Positions 37,993 through 52,187 are shown, counted from the stretch's first letter. The stretch is 64,000 bases of DNA from Octopus vulgaris (GCA_951406725.2 OX597814.1:8060001-8124000); one strand, 5' to 3'. Made by a program: numbers and translations. The notes: a model not told the origin generated them from the letters alone.

Positions 37993-40900
37993 AAACATCA
38001 CTGGAGTTTTGGTTTCAAATTTTGGCACAAGGCCAGCAATTTCAGGAGAGTGTTTAAGTCAATTACATCAACCCCAGTGCTCAGCTGGTACTTATTTTAT
38101 TGACCATAAACATCACTGGAATTTTGCTTTCAAATTTTCGGCACAAGGCCAGCAATTTCAGGAGAGTGGTCTAAGTCAATTACATCAACCCCAGTGCTCA
38201 GCTGGTACTTATTTTATTGACCATAAACATCACTGGAATTTTACTTTCAAATTTTGGCACAAGGCCAGCAATTTCAGGAGAGTGGCTAAGTAAATTACAT
38301 CAACCCAAGTGCTCAGCTGGTACTTATTTTATTGACCATAAACATCACTGGAATTCTGCTTTCAAATTTTGGCACAAGGCCAGCAATTTCAGGAGAGTGA
38401 CTAAGTCAATTACATCAACCCCAGTGCTTAACTGGTACTTATTTTATTGACCATAAACAACACTGGAATTTTGCTTTCAAATTTTGGCACAAGGCCAGCA
38501 ATTTCAGGAGAGTGACTAAGTCAATTACATCAACCCCAGTGCTCAGCTGGTACTTATTTTATTGACCATAAACATCACTGGAATTTTGATTTCAAATTTT
38601 GGCACAAGGCCAGCAATTTCAGGAGAGTGACTAAGTCAATTACATCAACCCCAGTGCTCAGCTGGTACTTATTTTATTGACCATAAACATCACTGGAATT
38701 TTGATTTCAAATTTTGGCACAAGGCCAGCAATTTCAGGAGAGTGGCTAAGTCAATTACATCAACCCCAGTGCTCAGCTGGTACTTATTTTATTGACCATA
38801 AACATCACTGGAATTTTGATTTCAAATTTTGGCACAAGGCCAGCAATTTCAGGAGAGTGGCTAAGTCAATTACATCAACCCCAGTGCTCAACTGGTACTT
38901 ATTTTATTGACCATAAACATCACTGGAATTTTGATTTCGAATTTTGGCACAAGGCCAGCAATTTCAGGAGATTGGCTAAGTCAATTACATCAACCCCAGT
39001 GCTCAACTGGTACTTATTTTATTGACCATAAACATCACTGGAATTTTGCTTTCGAATTTTGGCACAAGGCCAGCAATTTCAGGAGAGTGACTAAGTCAAT
39101 TACATCAACCCCAGTGCTCAGCTGGTACTTATTTTATTGACCATAAACATCACTGGAATTTTGATTTCAAATTTTGGCACAAGGCCAGCAATTTCAGGAG
39201 AGTGACTAAGTCAATTACATCAACCCCAGTGCTCAGCTGGTACTTATTTTATTGACCATAAACATCACTGGAATTTTGATTTCAAATTTTGGCACAAGGC
39301 CAGCAATTTCAGGAGAGTGACTAAGTAAATTACATCAACACCAGTGCTCAGCTGGTACTTATTTTATTGACCATAAACATCACTGGAATTTTGCTTTCGA
39401 ATTTTGGCACAAGGCCAGCAATTTCAGGAGAGTGACTAAGTCAATTACATCAACCCCAGTGCTCAGCTGGTACTTATTTTATTGACCATAAACATCACTG
39501 GAATTTTGATTTCAAATTTTGGCACAAGGCCAGCAATTTCAGGAGAGTGACTAAGTCAATTACATCAACCCCAGTGCTCAGCTGGTACTTATTTTATTGA
39601 CCATAAACATCACTGGAATTTTGCTTTCGAATTTTGGCACAAGGCCAGCAATTTCAGGAGAGTGACTAAGTCAATTACATCAACCCCAGTGCTCAGCTGG
39701 TACTTATTTTATTGACCATAAACATCACTGGAATTTTGATTTCAAATTTTGGCACAAGGCCAGCAATTTCAGGAGAGTGACTAAGTCAATTACATCAACC
39801 CCAGTGCTCAGCTGGTACTTATTTTATTGACCATAAACAATCACTGGAATTTTGATTTCAAATTTTGGCACAAGGCCAGCAATTTCAGGAGAGTGACTAA
39901 GTCAATTACATCAACCCCAGTGCTCAGCTGGTACTTATTTTATTGACCATAAACATCACTGGAATTTTGATTTCAAATTTTGGCACAAGGCCAGCAATTT
40001 CAGGAGAGTGACTAAGTCAATTACATCAACACCAGTGCTCAGCTGGTACTTATTTTATTGACCATAAACATCACTGGAATTTTGCTTTCGAATTTTGGCA
40101 CAAGGCCAGCAATTTCAGGAGAGTGACTAAGTCAATTACATCAACCCCAGTGCTCAGCTGGTACTTATTTTATTGACCATAAACATCACTGGAATTTTGA
40201 TTTCAAATTTTGGCACAAGGCCAGCAATTTCAGGAGAGTGACTAAGTCAATTACATCAACCCCAGTGCTCAGCTGGTACTTATTTTATTGACCATAAACA
40301 TCACTGGAATTTTGATTTCAAATTTTGGCACAAGGCCAGCAATTTCAGGAGAGTGACTAAGTCAATTACATCAACCCCAGTGCTCAGCTGGTACTTATTT
40401 TATTGACCATAAACATCACTGGAATTTTGATTTCAAATTTTGGCACAAGGCCAGCAATTTCAGGAGAGTGGCTAAGTCAATTACATCAACCCCAGTGCTC
40501 AGCTGGTACTTATTTTATTGACCATAAACATCACTGGAATTTTGATTTCAAATTTTGGCACAAGGCCAGCAATTTCAGGAGAGTGGCTAAGTCAATTACA
40601 TCAACCCCAGTGCTCAGCTGGTACTTATTTTATTGACCATAAACATCACTGGAATTTTGATTTCAAATTTTGGCACAAGGCCAGCAATTTCAGGAGAGTG
40701 ACTAAGCTGGTCAATTTACATCAACCCCCCAGTGCTTAACTGGTACTTATTTTATTGACCATAAACATCACTGGAATTTTATTTCAAATTTTGGCACAAG
40801 GCCAGCAATTTCAAGGGCTAAGTCAAATTACAGTCAATCAACCCAGTGCTACAGCTGGTACTTATTTTATTGACCATAAACATCACTGGAATTTTACTTT

Positions 40901-41614
40901 CAAATTTTGGCACAAGGCCAGCAATTTCAGGAGAGTGACTAAGTCAATTCAACCCATCACTAATTTTTGGTTTTAAATCAACCCCAGTGCTCAGCTGGTA
41001 CTTATTTTATTGACCATAAACATCACTGGAATTTTGCTTTCAAATTTTGGCACAAGGCCAGCAATTTCAGGAGAGTGTCTAAGTCAATTACATCAACCCC
41101 AGTGCTCAGCTGGTACTTATTTTATTGACCATAAACATCACTGGAATTTTGCTTTCAAATTTTGGCACAAGGCCAGCAATTTCAGGAGAGTGACTAAGTC
41201 AATTACATCAACCCCAGTGCTCAACTGGTACTTATTTTATTGACCATAAACATCACTGGAATTTTGCTTTCAAATTTTGGCACAAGGCCAGCAATTTCAG
41301 GAGAGTGACTAAGTCAATTACATCAACCCCAGTGCTCAGCTGGTACTTATTTTATTGACCATAAACAACACTGGAATTTTGCTTTCAAATTTTGGCACAA
41401 GGCCAGCAATTTCAGGAGAGTGACTAAGTCAATTACATCAACCCCAGTGCTCAACTGGTACTTATTTTATTGACCATAAACATCACTGGAATTTTGATTT
41501 CAAATTTTGGCACAAGGCCAGCAATTTCAGGAGAGTGACTAAGTCAATTACATCAACCCCAGTGCTCAACTGGTACTTATTTTATTGACCATAAACATCA
41601 CTGGAATTTTGCTT
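37993..41614 (+). repeat. Tandem array of a 115-bp unit, ~31 copies
   Basis: Unit AAACATCACTGGAATTTTGATTTCAAATTTTGGCACAAGGCCAGCAATTTCAGGAGAGTGACTAAGTCAATTACATCAACCCCAGTGCTCAGCTGGTACTTATTTTATTGACCAT repeated head to tail with few substitutions. Confidence 0.98.
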
Positions 41615-43647
41615 CCGATCGACCCCACAGGCCGACACAAGTCTGATGGCTATGAAACCACCCTTTCGAAATCATCCAACGAAGAATCGAATACCGCAGC
41701 TCATAGTAGAGAACCTTTTGCCCACTCAAGATCAGCAATCATTTATGGTAAAGCTGAATCCACCTGTGATACAGGCATAAACCGCCTAAAAGAAGACATT
41801 AATTTTGTTTCCAATTTAGTTGGAGAATTGTTCTCTGTGAACGAAAATGTCAGTATCCATAAGGTCGCTCAGCTAGGAAGGTTCCAAGGGAACCCAACCA
41901 CAGATACTAGACCACGCCCAATAAGGGTAATCTTTTCTTCCAATCAGGAGGCTTCAACCTTTCTGAACAGAGCTCAGACGCATGCCTGGGAGAACCCCAA
42001 TATGGGTTTTCGCGAGGAATACTCACTGAGAGAGAGAATTCGCCGGAGAAACTTAATATCCAAACTGAAGATGAGAAAAGAGATGGGAGAGAAGGGTTTA
42101 TGCATCCAAGATGGACAAATAATCAAGTCCTACCTCTGGTCGCATGCTGTAGTGCTGACAGGGAAAGTGAATTGAGGGCGAATCGAAGTAAAGTAGATAC
42201 CTCCGTCAACGATGCTATCTCTGATACCCCTTATTCTACTTGTTCCCCTACTCCCGCCCCTCAAACTTCACAGCTCAGCATCGTCTATACCAACTCGTGC
42301 TCCTTATTTCCAAAGTTCAGCGAACTAGTTACACTGGCCATACGTGACTCCCCTGATGTGATAGCTATCACCGAGTCTTGGCTGACTCCAGCAGTAAAGG
42401 ACTCAGAAGTCCACCTACAGGGCTACGTCCTCTTCAGATGTGACAGAGAAAAAAGGCGAGGTGGAGGTGTTGCTGTGTATGTTAAATCTGATCACAAACC
42501 GTCCAGCGGTATTCTACCCACTAATGCTCAACCTACAACAAAATTCAATGCCGTCTATTGCAAGCTGAGTGTATCCGGGTTTTGCCTGCCCGTGTTAGCT
42601 GTCTACAGGCCACCTCTTGCCGACCCCCAGGACGATGTTCATTTACTCAAAGCGATAAGATTCGTTTCAGCTTCGCATGACTGTTTGATACTAGGAGACT
42701 TCAACGCTCCCACGATCGATTGGCCCGCATCAATTTGTACACCATCTTCCCGGTTCGGCCAGGCCCTTCTTGACATGGCTGAAGATTGTTTTCTATTGCA
42801 ACATGTTGAATATCCGACAAGGCATCGGTCTGGGCAGCAGCCATCTATGCTGGATCTGGTATTCTCCCGCTATCCAAGATCAGTGTCAGACGTATCTGTG
42901 TGCGCCCCTCTTGCCAAGAGTGATCATGCGGTCCTGAAGTTTGTCATGCACACAACTTTTTCTACGCCCACGACTACTTCGCTGCCACGTAGAGTCTTCT
43001 CTGCAATTAATCTTGAAATTCTAACCGAGTCTTCCGCGCTTCTGGGCTGGCGATCCCTGATGACGTTGTCCTCAGTTGACGAACTATGGTCCTCCCTCAA
43101 AGCATATGTAATCTGGTTGACTGACCAGGCAGTTCCCGTTGGGCTTCCCAAGAAGAAGAAACACAAGCCCTGGGTGACGAAGAAGGTTAAACGAGAACTT
43201 CGACTCAGAGATATTGCTTGGGCTGAATTCAAAAATCTGGATTCGACTGCAGCTTTTGAGGTGTACAAAACTCAACGAGACCGAGCCGTGAAAATTGAAA
43301 AGGGTGAATGCTTCAGTTATGAATACAAAATCGCGGCAAATGCTAGTAGCAATCCAAAAACCTTCTTTACCCATGTCCAACGGAATTCCCACTTGAACAA
43401 CCAGATTGCAACGTTGGTAGACTCAACAGGCATATCGATTGAGGACCCTTATCAACAGAGTCAATTATTTGCCGAGGCTTTTTCAACTATTTTCAAACAA
43501 GATGATGGTCGTGAACCCCCTCCATTTGATAGATCGGCACCTCCAATGCTTCGATTGGTCATCACGCGGGATGAAGTCAAACGTGTTATTCAAGGCCTTG
43601 ATGTCAACAAGGGTCATGGCCCCGACAGCATACACCCAATCGTAGTG
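41615..43647 (+). mobile_element. CR1/L2-type LINE internal fragment (ORF1 C-terminus, ORF2 AP endonuclease and linker), truncated at both ends
   Basis: ORF1 ..LGRF..RPRPIRVIF..REEYSLRER; ORF2 YTNSCSL, IAITESWL, RGGGVAVYV, LGDFN, LDLVFS, SDH, KGHGPDSIHP; no internal stops. Confidence 0.9.
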
Positions 43648-43776
43648 CAAATGCAACAGGATGAAAGGCATATTCCTTCCTGGCTGTATTTGATTTTTGA
43701 GTGTTAAGATGGATGAAATGCTGCTTGCCACTTCCTCCGACATGCTACTGATTCTGCCAGCTCATCACCAGAATCT
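43648..43776 (-). CDS. Candidate ATG-bearing exon of the macrodomain gene, cut off by the LINE
   Basis: Non-repetitive sequence after acceptor ttcttattatttcag|AGA; ATG at 43743 gives MSEEVASSISSILTLKNQIQPGRNMPFILLHL, then runs into antisense LINE; no donor seen. Confidence 0.4.
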
Positions 43777-44379
43777 CTGAAATAATAAGAACCATCATCA
43801 TCTTTGAACATCTGTTATCCATAGTGGCATGGTTTGGACAGTTTGACTGTGGCTGGTAAGCTGGAAGTCTGTACCAGACTCCATTCTGGTTTTTAGTGGT
43901 ATTCTATGGCTAGATGCCCTTCCTAATGCCAACCACTCTGAAATCACTGAAATAATATTGGATTCAAATTTCGGCAAAGGCTTTGTTCATGTCAACAAAA
44001 GCCAGATACAGAAGTTTATTTTTGGTTAAATATTTCTCATGCAGTTGCCTAACCAGGAACATAGCATTAGTCCTGCCTGGGACAGATCTGAATTGCATCT
44101 CATCTAAACTAACTCTTCCTAATTAATTGAGCTATGACACTTTCTGTAACTTTCATCACTGCCTTTAATAATAACAACAACAACAACAGCAATAACGTGT
44201 GGAATTACTGTGAATGTGTATGCACTGATTAAGAACAGCATGCCTAGTTGGAAAACGTATCTTTTCTGTAACAATCAAAAGAAGTATCTTCCAAGGAGAC
44301 TCTTGTTCTCCTCTCTAATTTGTTATAGCCTTGATCCCACCTTCTGTAGTCCTACGTAAAATCAACGTGCACTATGAGC

Positions 44380-45420
44380 TGAGAAAGAACGGATCTCATC
44401 TCAACCACCTTTGCTTCATGGGCAATTTAAAACTGTTTGCAAAAAACAGAGCCTGAAATGGAGGGGCTTGTTGAGACTGTACAGATATGCAACAAGGATA
44501 TAGGGATGGAATTCGGTACCTCAAAGTGTGCGATGCTTACTTTGAAGCAAATTGTAGGGGCATAGAATTGCCAGACGGAGAGAGAAAGGAAGAGACTGAC
44601 CAACTTGAGCGCATTAACCAAAAGATAAAGACAATGCATGGTGCTCTCCACCCTAAGGTACACATGAAGAGAGGTAAAGTTGAACATGGGCTGATTAGTG
44701 TACAAGTGTGCATCAACGAATATTTGGTAAATAGCAAAGAAGACCTGCTACAGTATGCTGCTAGTGCAGAAGGACCAGGCATTGAATAGCAACTCAATAC
44801 CACACGAGTGATTCAGACCTCTGCAGAAGGTTGAAAGTGTGAGTCACATTGTTAGAGCTTGAGAAAGTCTTGCACAGAAAGAGTACAAGCATGGACATGA
44901 CAAGGTAGCCCAAAACCTCCACTGGCTACTATGCCGTAAGTATGGATATGAAGTTACGTGTGCTTGATATCAGCATACACTGGAAAAGGTAATGGACGAA
45001 AAGGGGAAGGCAAAAATCCTCTGGGACTTTGACTTCCAGACAGACAAAGTGTTAGAGCACCGAACGCTGGATATAGAAACCTTTAGGAGGGACAAACAAG
45101 AGTGGCTGTGCCAGGAGATCAACTTATCATCGTGAAAGAAAGAAAGAGAAAAGGTTGATAAATATGGAGAGCTGAGAATTGAGATTGCTAAGATGTGGCA
45201 GGTACAAGAGTCGAACATAAAGGTTATCCCTATTGTCATCGGAGTATTGGGTTCAATACCATCCCATCTGAAAACTTTAGAAATACCCTCCAATCTAGGT
45301 GTATTGCAGAAGTCAGCATTACTTGGAATTAGATGCATATTGTGTAAAGTACTGTTGGTCTGAGGTCCTTGTTGTCACTTGACAAACAGTACAAACCCCC
45401 GGTAGACACAATATCTTCAA
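44380..45420 (+). mobile_element. R4/Dong-like LINE, degenerate
   Basis: TMHGALHPK..HGLISV, HDKVAQNLHW, KILWDFDFQTD, KYGELRIEIAKMW, VIPIVIGVLG. Confidence 0.8.
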
Positions 45421-45695
45421 TCAACAACCTCACGATATTGTATACTGTACAACATCTACAATGGTGGTGGTAGTGGTGGAAGTGGTGGTGATGATGATGA
45501 TGATGATGATGATACTTATAGGATTGAAGTAACTCCTCCAGAAGATGTAGAAGCGAAGAAAAGAAGAGTGCCATTGTCAACAAGTGAATGATATTTCAAC
45601 ATCTCGTGTGTCTTCCACAGGTTCAAAAAAGAAACTTGTCAATCTATTTCTGGAGGAGTTACCTTAATCTTATAAGTATTACCAAAAATGAAGTA

Positions 45696-47075
45696 GCAGG
45701 TTGGTGCAAAAGTAATGTCCAATTTAAAGATCTCAGGTAAAAATGAAAAAGCCAATGACTATCTTTATCTTTATCTAGTTTCAGCTCACGAGCTGTGGCC
45801 ATGCTGAGGCACTGCCATTTGATGTTGCTACATGATTTTACTTCACGAATGCTTTTTAGCAATTGCCATTTGGTGCATGAGAGAGTTCGATGCAGCTGCC
45901 CTCATCTGCACCTCCTGCCATGAAGTTGGTTCATCTGGGACACCTGACAGGAAGAGATCCAGTTTCATTTTAAAGACATCCGCATCCACCCCATGCAGGT
46001 CTCTTAGGTTCTTCGGGAGGATATTGAAGAGCTGTGGGCCTCTGAAGCCCAGGCTATCACAGTATCTTGTCCTACATCTTGATGGCAAATTTGGAGTCCT
46101 AGGCACTATGCAGTGGCGCCAGTTCTGGCATTTGTGTAACTCTCAATGCCAAAGTTTGGGACAAGTCCTTCTAGGATCTTCCAGATGTATATTATGGCAA
46201 TATTCATTCATTAACCTACTCTCCATTGCTTTCAACAACCTCATTCCATCTTTCAACAACCTTATAAATGCTTCATTTGTAAAATTCTGTAGGTTTAGAA
46301 CCAAAATATGAATCCAACTCGTTTTCAATCTCGTCTCTTGTTGTTAACCTAAGTCCATGAAAATGGTTCTGTAGTCCTCAGAACAAATAGTAATCAGAAG
46401 GATCAAGGTCAGGAGAATATGGAGGATGAGGCAATATTTCCCAACCAAGTTCTTCCAAGAGAGTTTTGGGCAGTCGAGCTGTGTGAGGACAAGCATTATC
46501 GTGATGGAGGATGACACCCTTTCTGTTAACCAAGGATGCTCGCTTTTGGCTCAGAACTGTTTTCAAAGTTGCTCACAGTAAAGATTAACATTAATTGTTT
46601 GGTTGTTGTCCAACAGTTCGTAATGGATTACTCCTTTAATATCCCACCATACACTCAACATCATCTTCTTTGGATGAAGTCCTGTTCTCGGTTGTTGAAC
46701 TGGCCGTCCTCCTCAATTGATCCAAGAATAGCGGCATTTAACATTATGGCAAAGAATCCACTTCTCATCACCTGTAACAAGCCTGTCTAAAAATGTTGCT
46801 TAAAAGTGTCACGAAAGCAATGATTGACAACAAGCAGCATGCTGTTGTCAATTCTCTGGAGACAGTTCATGAGGGACCCACTTTCCAGCCACTGAAACCT
46901 TTCCAATGTGCTTTAGCTGGCATACCACAGTTGTATGGGCCATGTTTAACTGTTCTGCAAGTTCCCTAGTGGTAACGGTAAGGTTCTCTGAAACAAGAGC
47001 TTCCAACATTTCGGAATCAAGTTTTTTTGGACGACCCTCTTTTAGCACTTCTTTCAAAGTGAAATTACCACTGTA
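45696..47075 (-). mobile_element. Degenerate mariner with Hsmar1-like TIR, interrupted by a CR1
   Basis: KWVPHELS, HHDNA, HPPYSPDLDPSDYYLF; terminal AGGTTGGTGCAAAAGTAAT at ~45698. Confidence 0.85.
45760..46199 (-). mobile_element. 5'-truncated CR1 (family B) nested in the mariner
   Basis: Nearly identical to 61038-61461 ([21 protein letters not shown]); tail (GATAAA)n. Confidence 0.92.
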
Positions 47076-47735
47076 TTCGTAAAGTAAGAAGTCTTTCCTG
47101 AACTTGTGAAAGTTTGGGGCTAACGTTGATGGCATTTATCCTCAAACAAAGGAAAGAAAAAGTTGCATTTGAAACAAAAAAAAGATACAAACAGCTGTTC
47201 TACAAAATTATAGATTTAATTTGCGAGCAAATTGAGATACGATTTCAAAATTTAAATGAATTACAATTTTTAGCACTTCTCGATCCAATGAGACAAAATA
47301 ACGACATCTAGGAAACATCTCTAACTTGCCTTAAACATTCTTATGGAGACCATTTCGACAGTCAAAAGTTATGAAGCAAACTTACTGCCTTGTACAAAGA
47401 TGCTAAACTAAAAGGAAAATCTGTTCAAGATTTATTTTACCTCTCGAAGGAAAGGGGCTTTCTCCGTCCGGGTTGCGGATTTGTGGAATAAGCTGCTGGA
47501 TGAGATTGTGAAGATGCCGACGACCGCTCGGTTCAAAGTCTCCCTTGACCTCAAGTGGCCTGAACACTTTGCATGAACACCCTCCCTGTACATAACTCCA
47601 TGTCCCCCTACATGGCCTTGCTTTTGTCTTTTTGAGCGAAAAAATTAATTTAACTTAACTTAATTTTACATTCTGCATAATAGTGGATTAGATGAAACTT
47701 TGCTCCAGTTAACAAAGCTTTGTGGGTAACTTTTC
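47075..47735 (+). mobile_element. hAT-type transposase remnant interrupted by a LINE 3' tail (~47445-47668)
   Basis: YKQLFYKIIDLICEQIEIRFQNLNELQFLALLDP..GLDETLLQLTKLC; the insert translates GAFSVRVADLWNKL..FKVSLD and has a (TAACT)n tail. Confidence 0.6.
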
Positions 47736-48246
47736 AGAGTAACACCCGCACGATTTTCACTAAAAAAAAACTTGGATTTTTTGCGTGGAATCAAGTACCC
47801 CGACCTACTGATATGCTGCAAATCCCTTATTTTAGTTTGGGAAGGCAGGGTGTGAATGGGGAGAACTCCCCCCCGGTCCCAGACTCATTAGAAATATTTT
47901 TTTCTTTTTGTCATTGAATGAATTCCTGTGACATCCTAAAATGCTACAAAACCCTTTTGGGGGTCCGAAAAACAGATTACGGTGAGGTGGAAGCCTTGGA
48001 AATTTCACCCACCCCTACCCCCATAGATCATGTCACCAGCACGATTTTCACTAAGGAAAAAATAACATTCCAGTGTATCCGGGACGGATTTTCGTAACCC
48101 AAAATCTGAATTAACATTTAAATAGATAAGTTTTAAATGTGATTTTGTTAATTTGAAAAATAGATATATATTATGAACATGTCAATTTAATTCAAATATC
48201 TATGTGACAAACTTTTTGGTTATTGCTTCCTCAGCCAGAAAGATCA

Positions 48247-48710
<464 letters not shown>

Positions 48711-48721
48711 TGCATACATAC

Positions 48722-48789
<68 letters not shown>

Positions 48790-48792
<3 letters not shown>

Positions 48793-51700
48793 AAAATAAA
48801 AATAAAAATAGAAACACACCATGCTGCAGTAATGCTGGTCCAGTCTTTTCAGGAAGACACAAAAACAACAACAACAAAAGTGGAAACTACAACCCTATCC
48901 AACAGTGCAACCACACCTCTGGCCAAAAACTGCTCCCTAAGCAGGAAAATTCTTTTTTAGCCATGTTGAACATGGCAAAAGCGATACACAAAAATATTCT
49001 AGCCATCACTCAACACCATCCTATGCTATTACCCCAGTGCACCAATTCCCCACATTGCTGTCACTAACACGCACAAAAAATCCAAGCCCCCTGCAACAGT
49101 CAAAACCAGCCACTACACTAACCTCCACATTTCTACTCAATGCACAAGGTGTCAGCCCTTCCATCAATGCACAAAAATGGAAGGTCCAATTCATTGAAGA
49201 CTGGGTTGATAACCATCCACACTACATCCCTTTCTTCATTCTCACCGAGACCCACCTTGACAACTCCCACTTGGAAGCTGAAGTGAGAGTGAAGAATTTC
49301 ACAACCATCCGCGCGGATCATACCGGCAGAAGGAAGGGTGGAACTGCCATTTTCCTGCATGATTCGTTTACGGCAGATGGAAATAGTATATTCTCCAACG
49401 GCTACTGTGAATCAGTCACCGTGCACAACAAAGCCAATGACCTGACAGTAATTGGGCTCTATAGGCCGCCCCAAACACCCATACTGTGCTTTAAAGAATG
49501 CCTCAACAGCATTAAGTGCTTTATTCAACAGTGCCATTCTAGCAACCTACTCATGATGGGAGACTTCAATCTACCCTGTGTTGACTGGACTACAAACTGT
49601 TTGAAACCAAGCACTCCTGCCTCAACCACTGACAAAGAAGCAGCAGAGTCACTTTTCGATTTTACGAATGAGTTTTTCTTGTCCCAACTTGTCCTTGCAC
49701 CAACAAGACATCAGAACATTTTGGACCTAGTGTTTAGTAACCACACTAACACTATACATAACGTTACAGTGGAAAAAACCCTTCTTTCAGACCATGACAT
49801 GGTTCTCTGTAACATGAAATTCCACCAGCCGAAAGCTAATCCTAGTGACCTCCCTCCAGCCCACCCATTTGATAACATGGATCTCCATAATGCCAACTGG
49901 GATGCAATCAGGAACGAGCTATCACATGTTGACTGGTCCTTTACACATACACACATCTCCACCAACCATAAAACATCCTGGCAGATCTTTGTAGACACCG
50001 TCACAGACATATGTGCAAAACACTCCCCACCAAGACCTATGAACAAAAAGTGCAGAATCCCCCAAAACAGAAAAACCATTATCAGAAAAATAAAAAGAAC
50101 AAACAAAAAAATTAACAAACTAAAGTACTGCCAACAGCAACACACACATTCGACGGCTATCGCACTGCTTGAATCCAAAAAATATAACCTCCAACAATGC
50201 ATGAAGACCCTCATCAATAACCAAAGATCAGCTGAGGAGAAGTGGGCCATTGAAAAAATCAAACTCAACCCCAAAGTGTTCTTTTCATTTGCGAGGAAAC
50301 GCAGGGTCACTGTCTCCATTGTTGGCCCTCTCCAAGATAATGCCAAATCCATGGCCGAGATACTGCAGAAACAATACTGCTCTTTTTTTTAGCAATCCTG
50401 ATATGGCCGATCTGGGCTGTATCAGTGATGTCAACCCCCAACACACTATATCGGACATAACGTTTAGTGCCCCTGATGTCTTAGCGGCGATAAACGAAAT
50501 AAAACACAATTCAGCAGTAGGCCCCGATAGGTTCCCTGCTTGTGTCCTGAAGGTGTGTCAACACCAACTTGCATCTCCCCTTGCTAATCTGTGGAGAAAC
50601 TCACTGGATGCTGGCTATATTCCAAAAAACCTTCTGTCCCAGTCTGTTGTCCCAGTTTTCAAAAAGGGAAACAAGTCCCTTGCAGTGAACTACCGTCCGA
50701 TCTCACTCACCTCTCATATCATCAAGGTATTTGAGAGAGTGGTGAGATCTCGAATAACCCAATTTCTGGAAAGCAACAGACGGCTGATCTCTAACCAACA
50801 TGGGTTCCGTAATGGAAGGGACTGCCTAACGCAGCTCCTGCATCACTTTGATGACATTTTGAGAGCTTTGGGAGAGGGCTCCAACACCGATGTCATCTAC
50901 CTGGATTTCAGTAAGGCCTTCGACAGGGTCGATCACAAGATCCTATTGAAAAAACTATCCAACATTGGTGTCTCTGGGAAGTTACTGAAATGGATCAAGT
51001 GTTTTCTGACAGACAGATCTCAACATGTTGTAGTTGAAGGGGTAAAATCAAGCCCAGCCAAAGTCAGTAGTGGCGTTCCGCAAGGCACTGTGCTGGGCCC
51101 ACTTCTTTTCATCATTTACATTAATGACATTAATGACATCATCAAGCACAGCAACATAAAAATCTTTGCAGATGATTCCAAGCTACAGAAGGTCATAAAT
51201 GAGGCGAGTGACCGGACATGCCTTCAGTCAGATCTACTGGCTGTTATCCAATGGGCAGAAAAAAACAATATGCTGCTGAACGAGGATAAATTTGAGTTAA
51301 TCCACTTTGGAAAAGAGGATGCCCTGAAACTCCCATACTCCCTTCCTTCAGGTGAAACTCTCGCGGCGTCCAACAACATCAGAGACTTGGGAGTAATTGC
51401 GGACAACAACATAAGCTGGGCCACTCATATAAACACCAAAGTTGACATGGCCCGCAGAATGTGTTCCTGGATTCTCAGAACTTTCCAGTCGAGAGATATC
51501 CACACCATTATCCTTCTCTTCTCCACTTTTGCCCGACCCCACCTTGAATACTGTTGTCCACTGTGGTCTCCCCACACAATAAAAGGTATCATAAAAGTTG
51601 AAGCACCTCAAAGGGCAATCACAAAAAAGATAGATGGCATGACAGGCCTCGACTATTGGGGTCGACTAGAAAAGCTAAAACTTTATTCTCTCCAACGTCG

Positions 51701-52133
51701 TCGTGAGCGCTACATCATCTGCATGATGTGGAAAATATTCCATCAGCATTGCCCAAATGATGTTGGCATCACCTTTAAGGTACATCCAAGGCTTGGGCCC
51801 CATGCCATCCGCCCAAAACAAAAATCGCACTCTCATCTCATAACAACAATACGGCACAATTATTTCACCTCAATTGGCCCCGCTCTCTTTAACATTACAC
51901 CAAAACACATTAAAACAGAAACTGACCCTATAAGGTTCAAGAAGTCTCTGGACAGATTCCTTCAAGAAATCCCGGATAAACCCCCTACACCCGGATATGT
52001 CTCTGTAAACAATAACTCTCTACTTGAGTGGGCCATAGTGCCCAAATTCTGACTTGAAAGACTTCACCAGGTGGTGCTATTAAGTTAGACATGGCCTGGG
52101 CCAATAATGGCCGAAACCTATCAAAGTATCAAA

Positions 52134-52136
<3 letters not shown>
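48790..52136 (+). mobile_element. CR1-type LINE family A, near-complete ORF2
   Basis: ORF 49037-50392 (LTETHL, GDFN, ILDLVF, SDH) and 50250-52052 ([40 protein letters not shown]); one frameshift at a T-run near 50390; tail (ATCAAAGT)2. Confidence 0.95.

Positions 52137-52187
<51 letters not shown>

Noticed and set aside
37993-41614. CRISPR array or repeated small ORFs (MTINITG..)
   Set aside because: The whole 115-bp unit repeats with no unique spacers, no cas genes are present, the context is eukaryotic, and the ORFs start at non-ATG codons with a unit length not divisible by 3.
41585-42175. Satellite-LINE ORF1 fusion protein
   Set aside because: The in-frame junction is incidental; the start is a TTG within the last repeat unit.
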